From contig CAVNZM010000007.1 in NCBI GenBank assembly GCA_963693365.1, forward strand, positions 5,453,962 to 5,517,961: DNA of 64,000 bases, written 5' to 3'. How positions within the stretch are numbered: the first letter of the stretch is position 1; every line of letters starts with the position of its first letter. The notes under the pieces are model-generated. The model ran no database searches. It had not been told where the DNA came from and worked only from the letters and a program-made list of their open reading frames with translations. The position numbers were made by a program, and so were the translations under genes. This document shows positions 18,947-31,624 of the stretch, one piece after another. This DNA is from Amoebidium appalachense (taxonomy: Eukaryota; Protista; Ichthyosporea).

Positions 18947-19009
<63 letters not shown>

Positions 19010-19966
19010 ACCCGCCCTCCCCGGGGCGAAACAATAAAGTCTAAAAAGAAAACACAAGAAACCAAACGGGAAGAAAACCCTGGCAATTTGTAACTCCAGT
19101 CAACCTATCCAAAACCGAAAACAAGACACGCACAGACTCATTGTGTGCAAATGTGCGATAGTGTAAGATGCCGTACGAAATTTCGAGATTATGTTGCACA
19201 TTCTCTACTCACTTCCGGCTCCACCTCAGCCTTCACCGTCAACTTAGTAAACAGATTGCACAGCTACCTCATGCGGCCCCCAGCAACTCGGGGCCCCAAC
19301 GGTTTACTATCACACATCAATATTTCAGAATTGATGCTCCACGTTCATGCCTTCCCCTCGAAACCATAAAAAAAATATGGGAAGTTCGAATTTTAATACG
19401 GAATATTGGTGGGCAGTAGAAGATCCAGTTGTGAGGACCGTCAACCATCCATGAATTTATAATCATTTACCTGTGGGAGGATAGTATGATACACGATTTA
19501 TTACGGATGGAAATTTACATAACCCCCCCCCCCCCCCCCCCCTCCCTCCCCACCCCCCCCCCCCCACCCCCCCATCCCAACCCCCACCCCCCATCCCGGC
19601 ACCCCCCCACCCTCCCCCCACAAAGCAAAACCAAAAAACGTTTCGTTGAACATTTTCACCTAAAACGTGCAAATGTAACGTAGGCTACAGGTAACCCCCC
19701 ATCCCCCCCCCCCCCCCCCCCCTCCCCCCCAAAACACACACACACATCCTTACCCCGCCCTCCCACCACCTGTGATATTCGCCTCTCTCTACACACTCTG
19801 CCAGTGTGGGAGGCCTTCACAGTAAGGTTTACACGCTTGTTGCTCACTCGTCCTATACAGCAGTGTAAACCACCCTCCCCACCCTTCCTACCCCTCCGTC
19901 CCCCCCCCCCCCTCCCCCCCCTCCCCCAAACATATATATACACATACATATATCATATGATATGAT

Positions 19967-20013
<47 letters not shown>

Positions 20014-20916
20014 ATATATACCAGTATATATATACTATATATATGAAATATGATACACACCTCATACACACACTCCCCCCTCCCCCTCCCCCCCTCCCCC
20101 CCCCTCCCCCCTTCCGGGCCTTCTATCCCTCCCTCTCCCCCCACTTCCCCCGAGCCTCCCCCCCCCCCCCCCCCCTCTTCCCCCCCTCTTCCCCCCTCCC
20201 CCAGGCCTCTACCTTCAATTTGAAAAGTCGAGCACTTCCTAAAAGAGCTCTTCCAACCCCCCTCCCACGTGCCGCCACGGTGTACACAAAGGCACTTCCT
20301 TCATGTTAGCCGTTCTGATTTGAAAGTTTCTGGGAACACGATGGCAGCAACAAGAACACAGGAACACACACATGCGCACGGCGTATGCGTGCACTCACTC
20401 ATTCGCACGCACCTCCACACATTTATTGTACGATGGCTTATTGAACCTGCACCCATGGCATGCGCATACGGTTTCAGATACACTCGCACATTCGAACTTT
20501 CGCACAATCATACATACACACACACACATACACACTGACACACACAAACGTATGCACACCCACACACGCACACGCACACAGGCAGACATACACAGGCACA
20601 CGCACGTGCACGCGCGCGCTCTCTCTCTCTCCCTCCCTCCCCCCCCCCCCCCCCCCCCCCCCCCCACCTCTCTCTCTCTCTCTTTCTTGAGTTGGAACAG
20701 GCTAACAGGCTGCCGCATATTAACATCATCCTCGTGAGAAAGGCTCTGCTACCGGTGGCTTCCTTTCAGTTTGAGATTTTTTGCGGGTATCGCTGGGGGG
20801 GGGGGGGGGGGGGGGATTTGTGGCCTGGAACGTATCTAAGCACCTCTGTTTGCTGCTGAGGACAATTTACGATGAGAAACACGGCGAACCACATCGGCTG
20901 AGTCAACTGGCTCCGA

Positions 20917-21203
20917 GCAGAATTATTCTGCAAAAAGCAGAGTTATTCTGTAAAGAGCAGAATTATTCAGCAAAACCGGAATTATTCTGTAAAAGCAGAA
21001 TCAATCTGCTAAAAGCAGAATTATTCTGCAAAAGCAGAATTAATCTGCTTGAATGAATCTGCTCAAAGCAGAGCTATTCCGCTACTGAGACGAATTATTC
21101 CGCTAAAAGCAGAATATTCCGCTGAAAGCAGAATTACTCTGCTGTCGAAAGCAGAATAATTCTGCTTTTTACAGGATAATTCTGCTTTTTGCAAGTTGAC
21201 TCT
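20917..21203. repeat. Minisatellite of palindromic ~19-20-bp units (GCAGAATTATTCTGC + A-run); the last units are inverted
   Basis: About a dozen degenerate copies are visible; terminal units read GCAGAATAATTCTGC + T-run. Confidence 0.85.
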
Positions 21204-21573
21204 GCCGATGCGGTTGAGCCCTAAACATACAGCGGCAAGCAATAATGGCACCTTGCAATGTTGAATTTTGGCGGTATGCAACATAAGCGACAGAACGTAC
21301 CTATCCTCAGAGGGGCCGAAAAAGTCATTACACTAAAACTGCATCTGAGTTTCGACACCCGCATCCTCCCATGCGATACCCACCCAAGAATCTTTAACTG
21401 GTTATATGGATATGAGGCCACTGGTTCACCCTGCACTGAATCAGAGCTAGGAGGGTTGCACTCTGTCACTGAGCAAACGGTGAATGTATGTGTGGACAAC
21501 ATAAGGGATTCTTGATTCAAGTTGAAACGTGGGGGGGAGGGGAGGGGGGGGGGGGGGGGGGGGTAGTAGTGGT

Positions 21574-21607
<34 letters not shown>

Positions 21608-21832
21608 GGGGGGGCCGGGGGGGGGGGGGGGGGGGGGGGACCTCTCCCCCTTTGTACAGGTTGTTCCCCCCTTTCCCCCCACCCTCCCCCCCGGATGGGA
21701 GCCCCGGGGGGAAGGGGGGAGGGGGGAGGGGGCCGGGGAGGGGGGAACTTGCCCCCCCCTCCGGCTAGCAGGGGGAGGGGGGAGGGGGGACCACCACCCA
21801 CCTGAGCAGGTGGTTCCCTTCTCCCCCGGTGG

Positions 21833-21869
<37 letters not shown>

Positions 21870-23429
21870 CTACCCACCTCATGTGATCACACTCTGCCAT
21901 GACTCAGTTCTCAGTAATTATAAACTTTAGGCTAAAAAAAGTAGGAATATATATATAGTATTATGTTCCATCAAGAGTCTCAGGTACATAACCTGATCGT
22001 ATAATGGTACTAATATTAGTACACCGCAGAGGAGGTGCCCCCCCCCCCCCCCCCCTCCCCCCTCCCCTCCCCTCCCCCCCCCCCCCCCCCCCGGAGGACG
22101 TTGGAGGGGAGTACCACTAAGGAAGACCTCAATATTCACTCCACCCCCCCCATTTCGAATTCAAAAATCCCTAATGTCACGATTCAGCCAAAAATGCATG
22201 TACGCGTTTACAGGTGCATGTAGACAGAGAGCAGCTAGCCAGCACGTCTAAGATGATATACCCGACTGCGCAGTGAGTACCGTAGAATTTCATCGGGAAT
22301 TTCATCGAGCATGCACCAGCTTGTCGGGGTCCTCGGATATCCTGGCATGATTTTAAATTTTAAAGGAACAAAAGCTGCTAAAGGAGTTGCTGGTGACGGT
22401 GTCAGCCAACGTAACCGTCCCACTGCAGCAAAATTTTGGCAAATAACAAGCTAAGTTGAACCCCACTTAGGCCGATTTTCTTTAGGTGCTCATTCTTGAA
22501 ATTTCAAGCTTTTAATTAATCACCACAATGATTTGATCATTGAAAGCGTACAACGAGCAACGCAAAACATTTAAGGCTCTCGAATGTATCTGTGGCTGCG
22601 GCTGAACAGTATCCTCTCCCTGCAATGAGAAAAATAGGTAAAAGCGATTAAACTTATTTCAGAGACAGCAAAAAATGTTTTGTGGGAAAACCGTTAATAA
22701 TGGATCAAATTAGGCCGGCAGGCGGTAGCCCAACTAGTAATACAGCTTGCAAACACGTGCATCGTGCTGCACCTTCCAACACAAGCTGTTAATAATAATA
22801 ACTCAGCGGTTACAATAACTTAGTATCCGCCAATGTAATTTATCTAAAGGCATGATCCATCAAGGCCTTAGTTGTTACGGTAGTACATTAAACAATTTCG
22901 AATTCATACTGTTAGTAAAGATGATTCAACGTAGTTTTCTTATACATTATCATCGCAGGTAGAATCTGACTTGGTGGTGATCAGTAGCCGCAGAGTCTCT
23001 TTAGCTCCCTAATTACAATAATTCAAACCTTCACAGTATTTACTACGTACGGATCGAGATAGTTCACACAAACGTGGCATCCAAAGGCTATCCCGATAAA
23101 ACTAGAATTTAAAATAAAGATTAATGACTTTAAATAACCACCACTCTAATACTAAAGACGGCGCACTTTTGTTTTGTCGCACCAGTATTAAATCGGGTAT
23201 TTTGAATAGTCGTAGGAACAGCCTCATCAATTACCCATCAATAATTTTGGCATGCACGAAATCTCGTTCTGACAACAAGCCAAGTTAGTACATAGGCACG
23301 GCCTTATTTAGCACTCTTTTAATTCATGCCATGACAAGTTATTTATGCATTTTTTTCTTCGTTAGGCTAACACGACCAGTTACCATAACCACAAAGTGAC
23401 TAACTTGATGATACTATGAATCGTAATGC

Positions 23430-24515
23430 CTACTCTCCACCCAAACCTTCGCTAGAGACACACGCAGTAGTTTTGCTCCTTCCCATAGCTCTCAATGTAG
23501 CAATATTCCTAAACCTCGGTGTTGTATCGTTTGGCGTGTGCACCATAGCCGGCGATGCAGACCAACTCTGAAGAGACTTTGGCGTGGGAACCTCGAGTAA
23601 AAGCTGCACTTGCGAAGGCGCCAACAATGACCCGGGGTTTACACCCTCCGTAGTACCCGACCCTCCGGTGGCTGTACTAGTAGCCCGGAGTTTATCCTTG
23701 AGAAACCTCGGGTAGCAGTCTGTCTCCATAATGTGCAAGATGTGCCGCGAGCACAAATCGAAAACGCATCGTCGCGGTACCACCCACTCTCCATAGCGGC
23801 TGTTTAGGTCCTGTCTGAGAGTCTCGCTGAGGTTCACCTCGTTTGCTGCGTTGTGGTGCACGAACGTTTTGAATACGAACTGGTACGCGTGATGCGTTGG
23901 GTTTTCGTGGTAGTAGCACACCGCCATAAAGAAATCAAGGTTCTCGGCCGAGTGTTGCTCCTGGAGAAAACGACGGAACGCCGCGAGCTCCATCTCGCTG
24001 TCTGCATCTCCGAATATTTTGTGTAGAGAAAGCGCGCAGCCGCAGCTGGGGGGCTTTGCTGTAACATCAACCGAAGGGGAAGGGGTTCCAGTAGCTGATG
24101 ATGACAACATGGCATTACTGTCAGACACAACATGCACATGCTGGCTCAGGTCCACGCGGTACCTTGAGACGTAGCTCTCGTAGCAGTCTTGGATTGTCAG
24201 TGAAAAATCCTGCGCAGAGGCTGCATTGTTTGCTTCATTGACACCTGGGCCGGGTGTCATCTGTGTTGGCAATTTTGCAGGCAGGGAGCCTTTCCGCGCC
24301 AACGCCTTCCCCCCCATGCCTCTTTGGTCAGGCTCATTAGCCGGCCCTCGACGAAGCACCAAAGAAAATAATCTCTGGTGCCATCTAGCCTCCACTGTTT
24401 CATTTTCCTGCTGGTGGAGGAACTGCTTGCTGTTTGTCATCTCGACGAGTGTGTGTGTGTGGTTGTAGTGTCCCATCGCCATAATTTCGCCGTGGGGCAG
24501 GCAGGCTGTTTTCAT
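23430..24515 (-). CDS. RGS (regulator of G-protein signalling) domain protein, intronless, 361 aa
   Basis: RGS hallmarks: FRRFLQEQHSAENLDFF...FV...A.NEVNLS...VFD....I...METDCYPRFL; long ATG-initiated ORF in repeat-free sequence. Confidence 0.9.
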   Translation of the reverse strand: MKTACLPHGEIMAMGHYNHTHTLVEMTNSKQFLHQQENETVEARWHQRLFSLVLRRGPANEPDQRGMGGKALARKGSLPAKLPTQMTPGPGVNEANNAASAQDFSLTIQDCYESYVSRYRVDLSQHVHVVSDSNAMLSSSATGTPSPSVDVTAKPPSCGCALSLHKIFGDADSEMELAAFRRFLQEQHSAENLDFFMAVCYYHENPTHHAYQFVFKTFVHHNAANEVNLSETLRQDLNSRYGEWVVPRRCVFDLCSRHILHIMETDCYPRFLKDKLRATSTATGGSGTTEGVNPGSLLAPSQVQLLLEVPTPKSLQSWSASPAMVHTPNDTTPRFRNIATLRAMGRSKTTACVSSEGLGGE

Positions 24516-27500
24516 TGTAGTACAAGTACTTTATTGCGGGTCTGATATTTAACGCATATTAGGTAAACTTTATTATGGTGCTCAGTCGTGAGGAACGGCG
24601 TCACTGAAACCGAGAAAGGCAGTGGTGCGTTATTGCATAGTGTTCCGGGTATTGGACATCAATGGGATCACCTACTGCGAAACTGCAACTGCCATGAGTG
24701 GCCTTTAAACAATGGTGTGAGAGGCTTGATAGCTATATGTTATAGTAGCCTCGACTCATTGGATAGCATGTATATGTACTATCGACGTAGGTGTGAACGG
24801 GGGTGACTCTAAACTAAGTTTGCCACTGTAGCCCAGTAGTAAGATTGAATTGAACTGTCACGGACTATATTTGCAACACTCGCTATAGCTGTTGATACAA
24901 CTACATTATTTTTCTAGGTTAAGTTCTGTGACTATTGCAATGTTTGCCATGCAAAGGGCAAAAATGTATAGGCTTGACTGCTTACACCAGCATAATCCAT
25001 GAGCTGCCCGTGTGTGCATGTGGGGAAAGATGATGGGGTGCACGCGAACCAAGTTTTCGCCAGTTAAACAACTAATCTACCAGCTACGTGCACTTCCTCT
25101 ATACATCTAATACTGCCAGTGTAAAGTAGGAAAAACAAAAACGAAAAATCATAGAGCGAACATGAAACCTACTGCAGTACTGTAGGAAAACGAAACGTGA
25201 GTAACGACGCGAAAACTTCGAAGAGGCGTTCTATATTAAGTCTCTGCACGACATGTCACACAGAATTAGATCGATACCAAACACCCTATACCAGCCGGGT
25301 GGGCTATCTAGAGCCGGTTGAATTTTAGGATTAAAAATGACATTTCAACTTTCTCAGTCGACAAATGGAGAAAGGAAACCAGCTAACAGTTGATTCGGCT
25401 ATTGCTGCAGCACATGCAATTTGGTTTTTTGGTTTTTTTTATCACCTCCAAGGGCTGCGTTTTGACTCCTACCCCAACTGCTACACCAGCCGTCACACCC
25501 ATATGGCATATACAGGTTGTACATGTTGTACACACGCCTGAGGTTGAATTCGAAATTCATTCAATCAATAGGTTTTAGATATATTTAATGAAAATTGGAA
25601 AACAGTCATGATCTGTTGACGACTCCGATCGCCAGCGATCAGTCGACGTCCGGCCCTGGCAGTCGACCCGATCAATATTAATATCGCATTACATGTGTAC
25701 ACATGTACAATCAGATGTACATGTACAATCGTAGTGCACCGGAAGTGAATCGAAGCACTAAATATGCACACCACAAATCTGAAACTTTGTTGAAGCATAT
25801 ACATATTCGCTCAAGTCGGAGGGCTTCCTGCAGCTGTGAAGAAACGTATTCGCAGTCTTCGCAGATTATGGTCATGCAGTTCTACGGAGAACTGGGAATG
25901 TTCTTTTCATCTGTGTGAATTCCAAATAGGTACAGGATTCAATGAATAAAACGAGATATTTCAAGAGATAGACAGTGTCACTCGATGCCCCCAATATCCG
26001 GCATGGAACAGACCCCCAGAAACAGTGCTTTATCATGTAGGTAACTTTCACAGAGGCAGCCAGGCAGACATATATAGTCACAACAACCATGTATGTATAC
26101 CCTATAACCCTTGTGTACCCCATAGTACCCTAGTCGCCCAAGGTAGCCTACCCCGTCCCTCAACAAGTGGGGTATTTGGTTTTTGGGGTGGGGTATTTTG
26201 TAGGGTATTTTTCCGGGTAGTGTCTAACCCTGTACAGTGTGATACGTAGATAAACCCCATTATCCTATTTTGATTGGGTCATTTTATCAGTGCAGCGCAC
26301 CATGCATGACCTAGATCTGAGTCACGGATTAATTAAATTAACCCCCTTTTGTTCTCCCCAAGCCCAAAATCGACCAGATTTGAGACTATCAAACACATCA
26401 GTAGAAGCAGCCAAAGTAGACAAAAAAGCAACAAAAACATGTATATATGTCTCTTTTTGTGTGCTGTAAAAAAAAAACGGCGTGTTTATAAGCATCCGCA
26501 CGTGTTATGAGCACGTGTTTTGTGCTGGTTTGGCAACCGCGGCGGGATTCCTTTCAATGAAGTTACGTAATATGAATCCCCGTAAAGATTTTAGCAAATC
26601 GGATTTAAGCACTTATCAGCTGATCGATTTCAGGGTTGGAAACTATGGAACCCGGGTATTCTCTTGCCGCCGGCCTTCGAAAATTGGGGGGCCGCTCCAT
26701 GAAAATATAGACTTGCTTGGGAAAAAGACCCGCGAGAAACAGAAAAACATAGTCAACCCCGGTGTTTTTGGCGGTTTTTGGAAATAATAAACATAAACTA
26801 AGTTTGTGTAAAACTCCTGGCGTCGTGAACGGTTTCTTTTCTACATGCCACAATCATCTCAAAACGCTTGCATAGATAGCACAAAGCGTGATGTCGTCAG
26901 TTCGGAAACACGACCATATTAGGGCTACAGCACGCTAGAGATCTGGCAGACTGACAGAATGACAGCCTCAGGCCAGCTCACGGCGAGTGGGTCATGACGC
27001 GTGGGCACAGAACGTACACTGGTCTGGTGAGTCGTGACCAAGGCCTCCTAGATACAACCTTGGTCGTGACGCTTGCAGCACATCTTGATACTACCAAAAT
27101 GTAAGGGTGTTACTGAAAGAAAGATAAAAATAGAATTTTCGAGACGGCCGTGGCTGCAGTGTGCACTTGGGGCCGTGACGTGGTGTGGACGGTGGCATAA
27201 GTGGTGTGCACGTGCAGGCTAATAGCATACATGTGTGCATACATGTCCGACTCCCAAACAAGGCCTAGGAAAAGGAATATTCGGTACACGGCCCTAACAC
27301 GTACTGACGTGTTGCCGCACGTGCGACGTTATACATCTACTTGTGGCAGGAAAAAAAAAAAAAAAAAAAAAAAAAAGGAAAAAGGAGACACCGCCTCAGT
27401 AGGTGGTAGGACACGGCCAGTATAGTAGTACTACATAGATAGATAGGTACTATATGTGGTGTGTGTGTGTGTGTGTGTGTGTGTGACACTGTGGACATGT

Positions 27501-28160
27501 GACGGTGTGTGCGCGCGCGTGTGCGTGTTGGCAAAGGGCATAATTCGTAAGTAAGACCCAATGTTTCCATGTGTTGAACATGTTTGTTCGATAAGTTCAT
27601 GCTACCCGTGATTGCATAGATTGCAAGAGGAAAAAAAGGAATACAAGTTCTAAGTTGGAGAAGAATTGTGTTCAGAGGGCCGTGGCGAAAGGAGGACCGG
27701 GATCCGGGAATTTCTGCCAGTCTCACCGGGCGTGCATGCGTCCGGGTGGGTGGGTGGGTTGTGGGTTGGAAGGGGGGGGGGCTCGAATGCAACGTGACAT
27801 GTACAGAGGGCTCGGAAATAGGACCGGATAGGTAATAGTAGCTATAGACTGACCGATCGCCGATAGGAGTGGTGTAGGTGTGCCACTTGTGTGTGTGTGC
27901 ATGTGTCTGAATGCCAGGAGTGGTGTGTGTGTGGGGGGGGGGGAGGGGAGGGGGGGGGGGGGGGGGGGGGGGAGCACTATGCAGCAGCAAAGATACAAGA
28001 GACAGGCACCTATTCTCAAGTGACTCTTAATAAGCCTTGGTGAACAAAGTATGAAATGTGTGTGTACGTGCGTGCTGGTGTTGTTGTACCATGTCACAGG
28101 TGCCGTCGGGTGCGCGTGTGTGCCGGGGCCCCTCCATAAAACCAAATGTTATTGGGCGTA

Positions 28161-28358
28161 ATGCAAACAGATGAAGACTTTGATGCAGGGCACAGGGAGG
28201 TGGCAACAAGAGAGTGCTGTGGTGACACGTGGGGGTGGGATGCAATGAAAATAGAGGGAAAATGGCGTGATGCAAACAGATGAAGACTTTGATGCAGGGC
28301 ACAGGGAGGTGGCAACAAGAGAGTGCTGTGGTGACACGTGGGGGTGGGATGCAATGAA
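28161..28358. repeat. Near-perfect ~88-bp direct duplication (period 109)
   Basis: ATGCAAACAGATGAAGACTTTGATGCAGGG...GGGATGCAATGAA at 28161 and 28270. Confidence 0.9.
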
Positions 28359-28735
28359 CAGAGAGAGAAAAAGGCAAACGGGCATGCCGTACACAGGAAA
28401 GATATCGAATAAAAGCATTGTCCATATCTTCGTTGCCACAGAAGGGCGCTGGGAGAGAGATCAGAGAGGCCGCCGGGGGAGGGGGGAGGGTAGAATGTGT
28501 TTGAGAGCGCAATTAAATACGTATACATTCTCGAAGACCATCACAATGGATGTTTTCAAATGTTTTTTGGTTAGAGGAGGGGAGAGGGGGAGGGGGGGAG
28601 AGGAGGGAGGAGAAGGGGTTGTTATGAAAGGGGGGCACAACTGCCAAGTGGATCGCAACGGATAACAACATGAACACCGTGACACACCCACACAGAGTGG
28701 TAGTAATAGGGGGGGGGGGGGGGGGGGGGGAGAAT

Positions 28736-28770
<35 letters not shown>

Positions 28771-29416
28771 GAGAGAGTGTGTGTGTCTGTTTTTTTTTTT
28801 GGGGGGGGGGGGGGGGGAGGGGGGAGGGGGTGGTAAGTTTTCAAATAACCTGGGGGTGTGAGGGAGAAACAGTAGCCTCGTACCTAAAATGAGTGTCATT
28901 CAGGTGCACATCACAGGCACAGGAATAAGGCCACATGTGCCAGGGGGGTGAAGGGTGGGGTGTGTTGTGTTCGTGTTGCGCTGGGGGGAGGGGGGGTTCT
29001 AAAGGGGTAACAGGTGATAGGAACAGATGAGAGATGAGATGAGAACAGAGAGATGAAGAGAGCGCCACACGTGAAAGGAGTCGAGGGGCTCAAGGGAAAG
29101 GGAGCAGGAAAGAAATTCAGAAGTTCTGCGGTCACGTGATAAGAGAAAACATACAATAAACAGCCTGCCGCGGATCACACAGGGGGGTTACAGGTAAAGG
29201 GGAAAAAAGATTCTGGGGAAAAAAGATTCTGGAAGGCAACCAAAGTTCGAATTATAAAGGAAGGGGGAAGGGGGAGAAGAGGGAAAGGTGGAGGGGAGTT
29301 CGAAAGAGAGATAGAAAATATCTCAGGAAACCGTTGAGAAGACATCAATGACAATTGGGAGAGGGAGGGGGGGGGGGGGGGGGGGGGGGGGGAGCGCAAG
29401 CCTCAAGGGGGGCGTA

Positions 29417-29666
29417 GCATGCAAGCAAAGTACGACGTACACATTCACGACAAACAGCATAATGCCGATTTACATAGAGGAGCACACACAAGGAGCATAC
29501 GTATCAGTAGCACCACTCCCCGGGGGTGGAAAGGGGGGGGGGGGGGGGGGGGGGGGTTGGATGCGGAACACGGTACTAGGAACACATACACGATGAGAAC
29601 CATGGTGCAGGACACATGCAAAGGCAAACATTCAAGCATTCAACATCAGCAATGCGCAAGCAGAGC
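29417..29666 (+). repeat. Family X, two tandem copies C (29417-29521, divergent) and D (29559-29666) separated by poly-G
   Basis: Copy D shares ATGCGGAACACGGTAC...CATGGTGCAGGACACATGCAAAGGCAAA..TTCAAG with copy A. Confidence 0.75.
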
Positions 29667-31624
29667 GGGTGGAAGGGGGGGGGAGGGGGAGGGAAGGAAG
29701 GCATCGACATAGTACCCGAGATTTGACTTATAAACTTGCATGCAAACCCAGCTCACGTGCCGCTACATGGAACGTGGGTGGAGCCACCATCTCGATCAGA
29801 AGCTGGCAGGGTGACTCATGCAAGCATAGGTAATAGGTTAAAGCGGTGGGCATGGTCGGGGGATACTCTGTAGGGGAGAGGAGAGGGATATTCCGTGGAG
29901 GAGAGGGGGGGCACAGTTGGGTAGGTGCTATACCATTCTTATCCTAAAGGAAACCATGAATAAGGACAGAACAGGGAGGTAGGTACACAGGGGTGGTTAA
30001 ACGACTTAACAAACGTGCAGGTCTAAAAAGCAAGGCGAAGGATTAACAGAGTCGGTGAATGAGGTTAAGAGTGAGTACGCATCACGCCGCGGGAGATGCC
30101 CGAGTTGCTACTTGGCAAGATGTTTGAACTGCAACAAGCCTATGGAAATAGGAGATCCTGTGGTAGCGCTAGTAAAAAGCACACCTTGTGTGCTCGAGGT
30201 TACAAACCACACCGGTAAACACAGCTGTGGCAGCAGGGCATCCGCCTTGACTCACCTTTGTCCCGGTTGCTTGAAAAAAAAGCGAAGATCCTGGGGTACA
30301 ACGGGATCCGGTCATTCGCCCCAAGCGTGAAGCACAAGGGTGAAGACAACCTACGGGTAACCCACCCGCAAAAACCTGCGTGTGTGCTAAAGTACAACCC
30401 GCTCTTTGTACGAGCTGGCAGAAACGGATGCTGTTGAGTGACTCGGGTGTCTTCCTTTCGAGACAGTTTATTTCCATCATCCCACACACAAGTGTGGCTC
30501 CAGCAACTCCAAGGGCATTTCCCACATCGCTAACACGATTTACTTATGCATCCACAAAGCGTTTACGATATTTGTGAGAAGCATTACCTATGGAAAGAAA
30601 CTCGTTGTCTCTTTCACTGTGCTCGAAAGTCTGTCTGCCTGTGTTAGCGTTTTTTTCTGTTTTCTGCTTTTTGTGGCCACATGGTTTTTTATTCATGTTT
30701 GTTTGGATGCTCGCTAGACCAATCAGCGACACCATCGTTGACGCTCTTTTCTCACTTCAGGGCGCAAACATTCACTGGGATCTTGAGTTTACTGGCTTTT
30801 TGTGCCCTGTTAGGGGACCATTTTTCGCCACATAATCCTTATCGACCCGCTTCTAAAGAACTTTTTACGATGCTTAATTATAACCCTGTCAGCATGGTTC
30901 ACCCGAAGATTTTATTGGATAGCACAGGATACCAGCGTGGGGATCGAACTCGAAGCCAATCGCGTTCCCACGAATTTTTCTGCATTTGTGTACGCACTAC
31001 TGAAAAGGGTTGGATCCAGCTTGCCTTACCCTAAGCGCCTGGCTCCTGCCTGAAAGAAATGCTGCATACAAATATTACTGTTGAATTTTCTTCCCTTCTA
31101 AGGGGAGGAAAGTAACTCAAAATCCCCTCAGCTTGAAATACGTGGCTTTTTCAGCAAGCCTTACTGCCTACAACCAATCATTGATCAGATCTGGATCTCA
31201 GATTCCTATGGCTAGCCCCAAGACCCTGAACAGAACTAAACCATGTGACCAATTAAACGTCTTGGATTCGCTTCTAGGCAATTTATTCGCTGATGTAAAA
31301 ACATTTGGGGCTAATGTCATGCGCTACAAATTCCGGTTGGGACGGTTAAAATAAGGCGCTCCCTATCTCGTTTATAGATGCATGACCGCAGATATTTAGC
31401 TTAAACATCCTGTTTTTAAATACTAATTTCGATGACTTCATAATTGTAATACTCTTATACTATTGGTTCATTAGGCCACGTGAAAGAACTTTTGTTGCCG
31501 GCATGTCCTCGGCACCACATGGCCTGATCGTCACGTTGTCACGGGTGCGCCTGTATAAAACGGTATCAGGCACAAAAAAAACACTCAGTGGGGTCACGGT
31601 AGCTGTAGGTGTGTACTTACGAAA

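Noticed and set aside
20917-21203. CRISPR-like appearance of the palindromic array (and of 37812-38005)
   Set aside because: No unique spacers of ~30 bp, no cas genes, and a eukaryotic context.
30935-30960. tRNA/B-box-like GTTCGATCCC on the minus strand (also GGTTCGATTTCC at ~3183)
   Set aside because: No cloverleaf or convincing A-box around either site.
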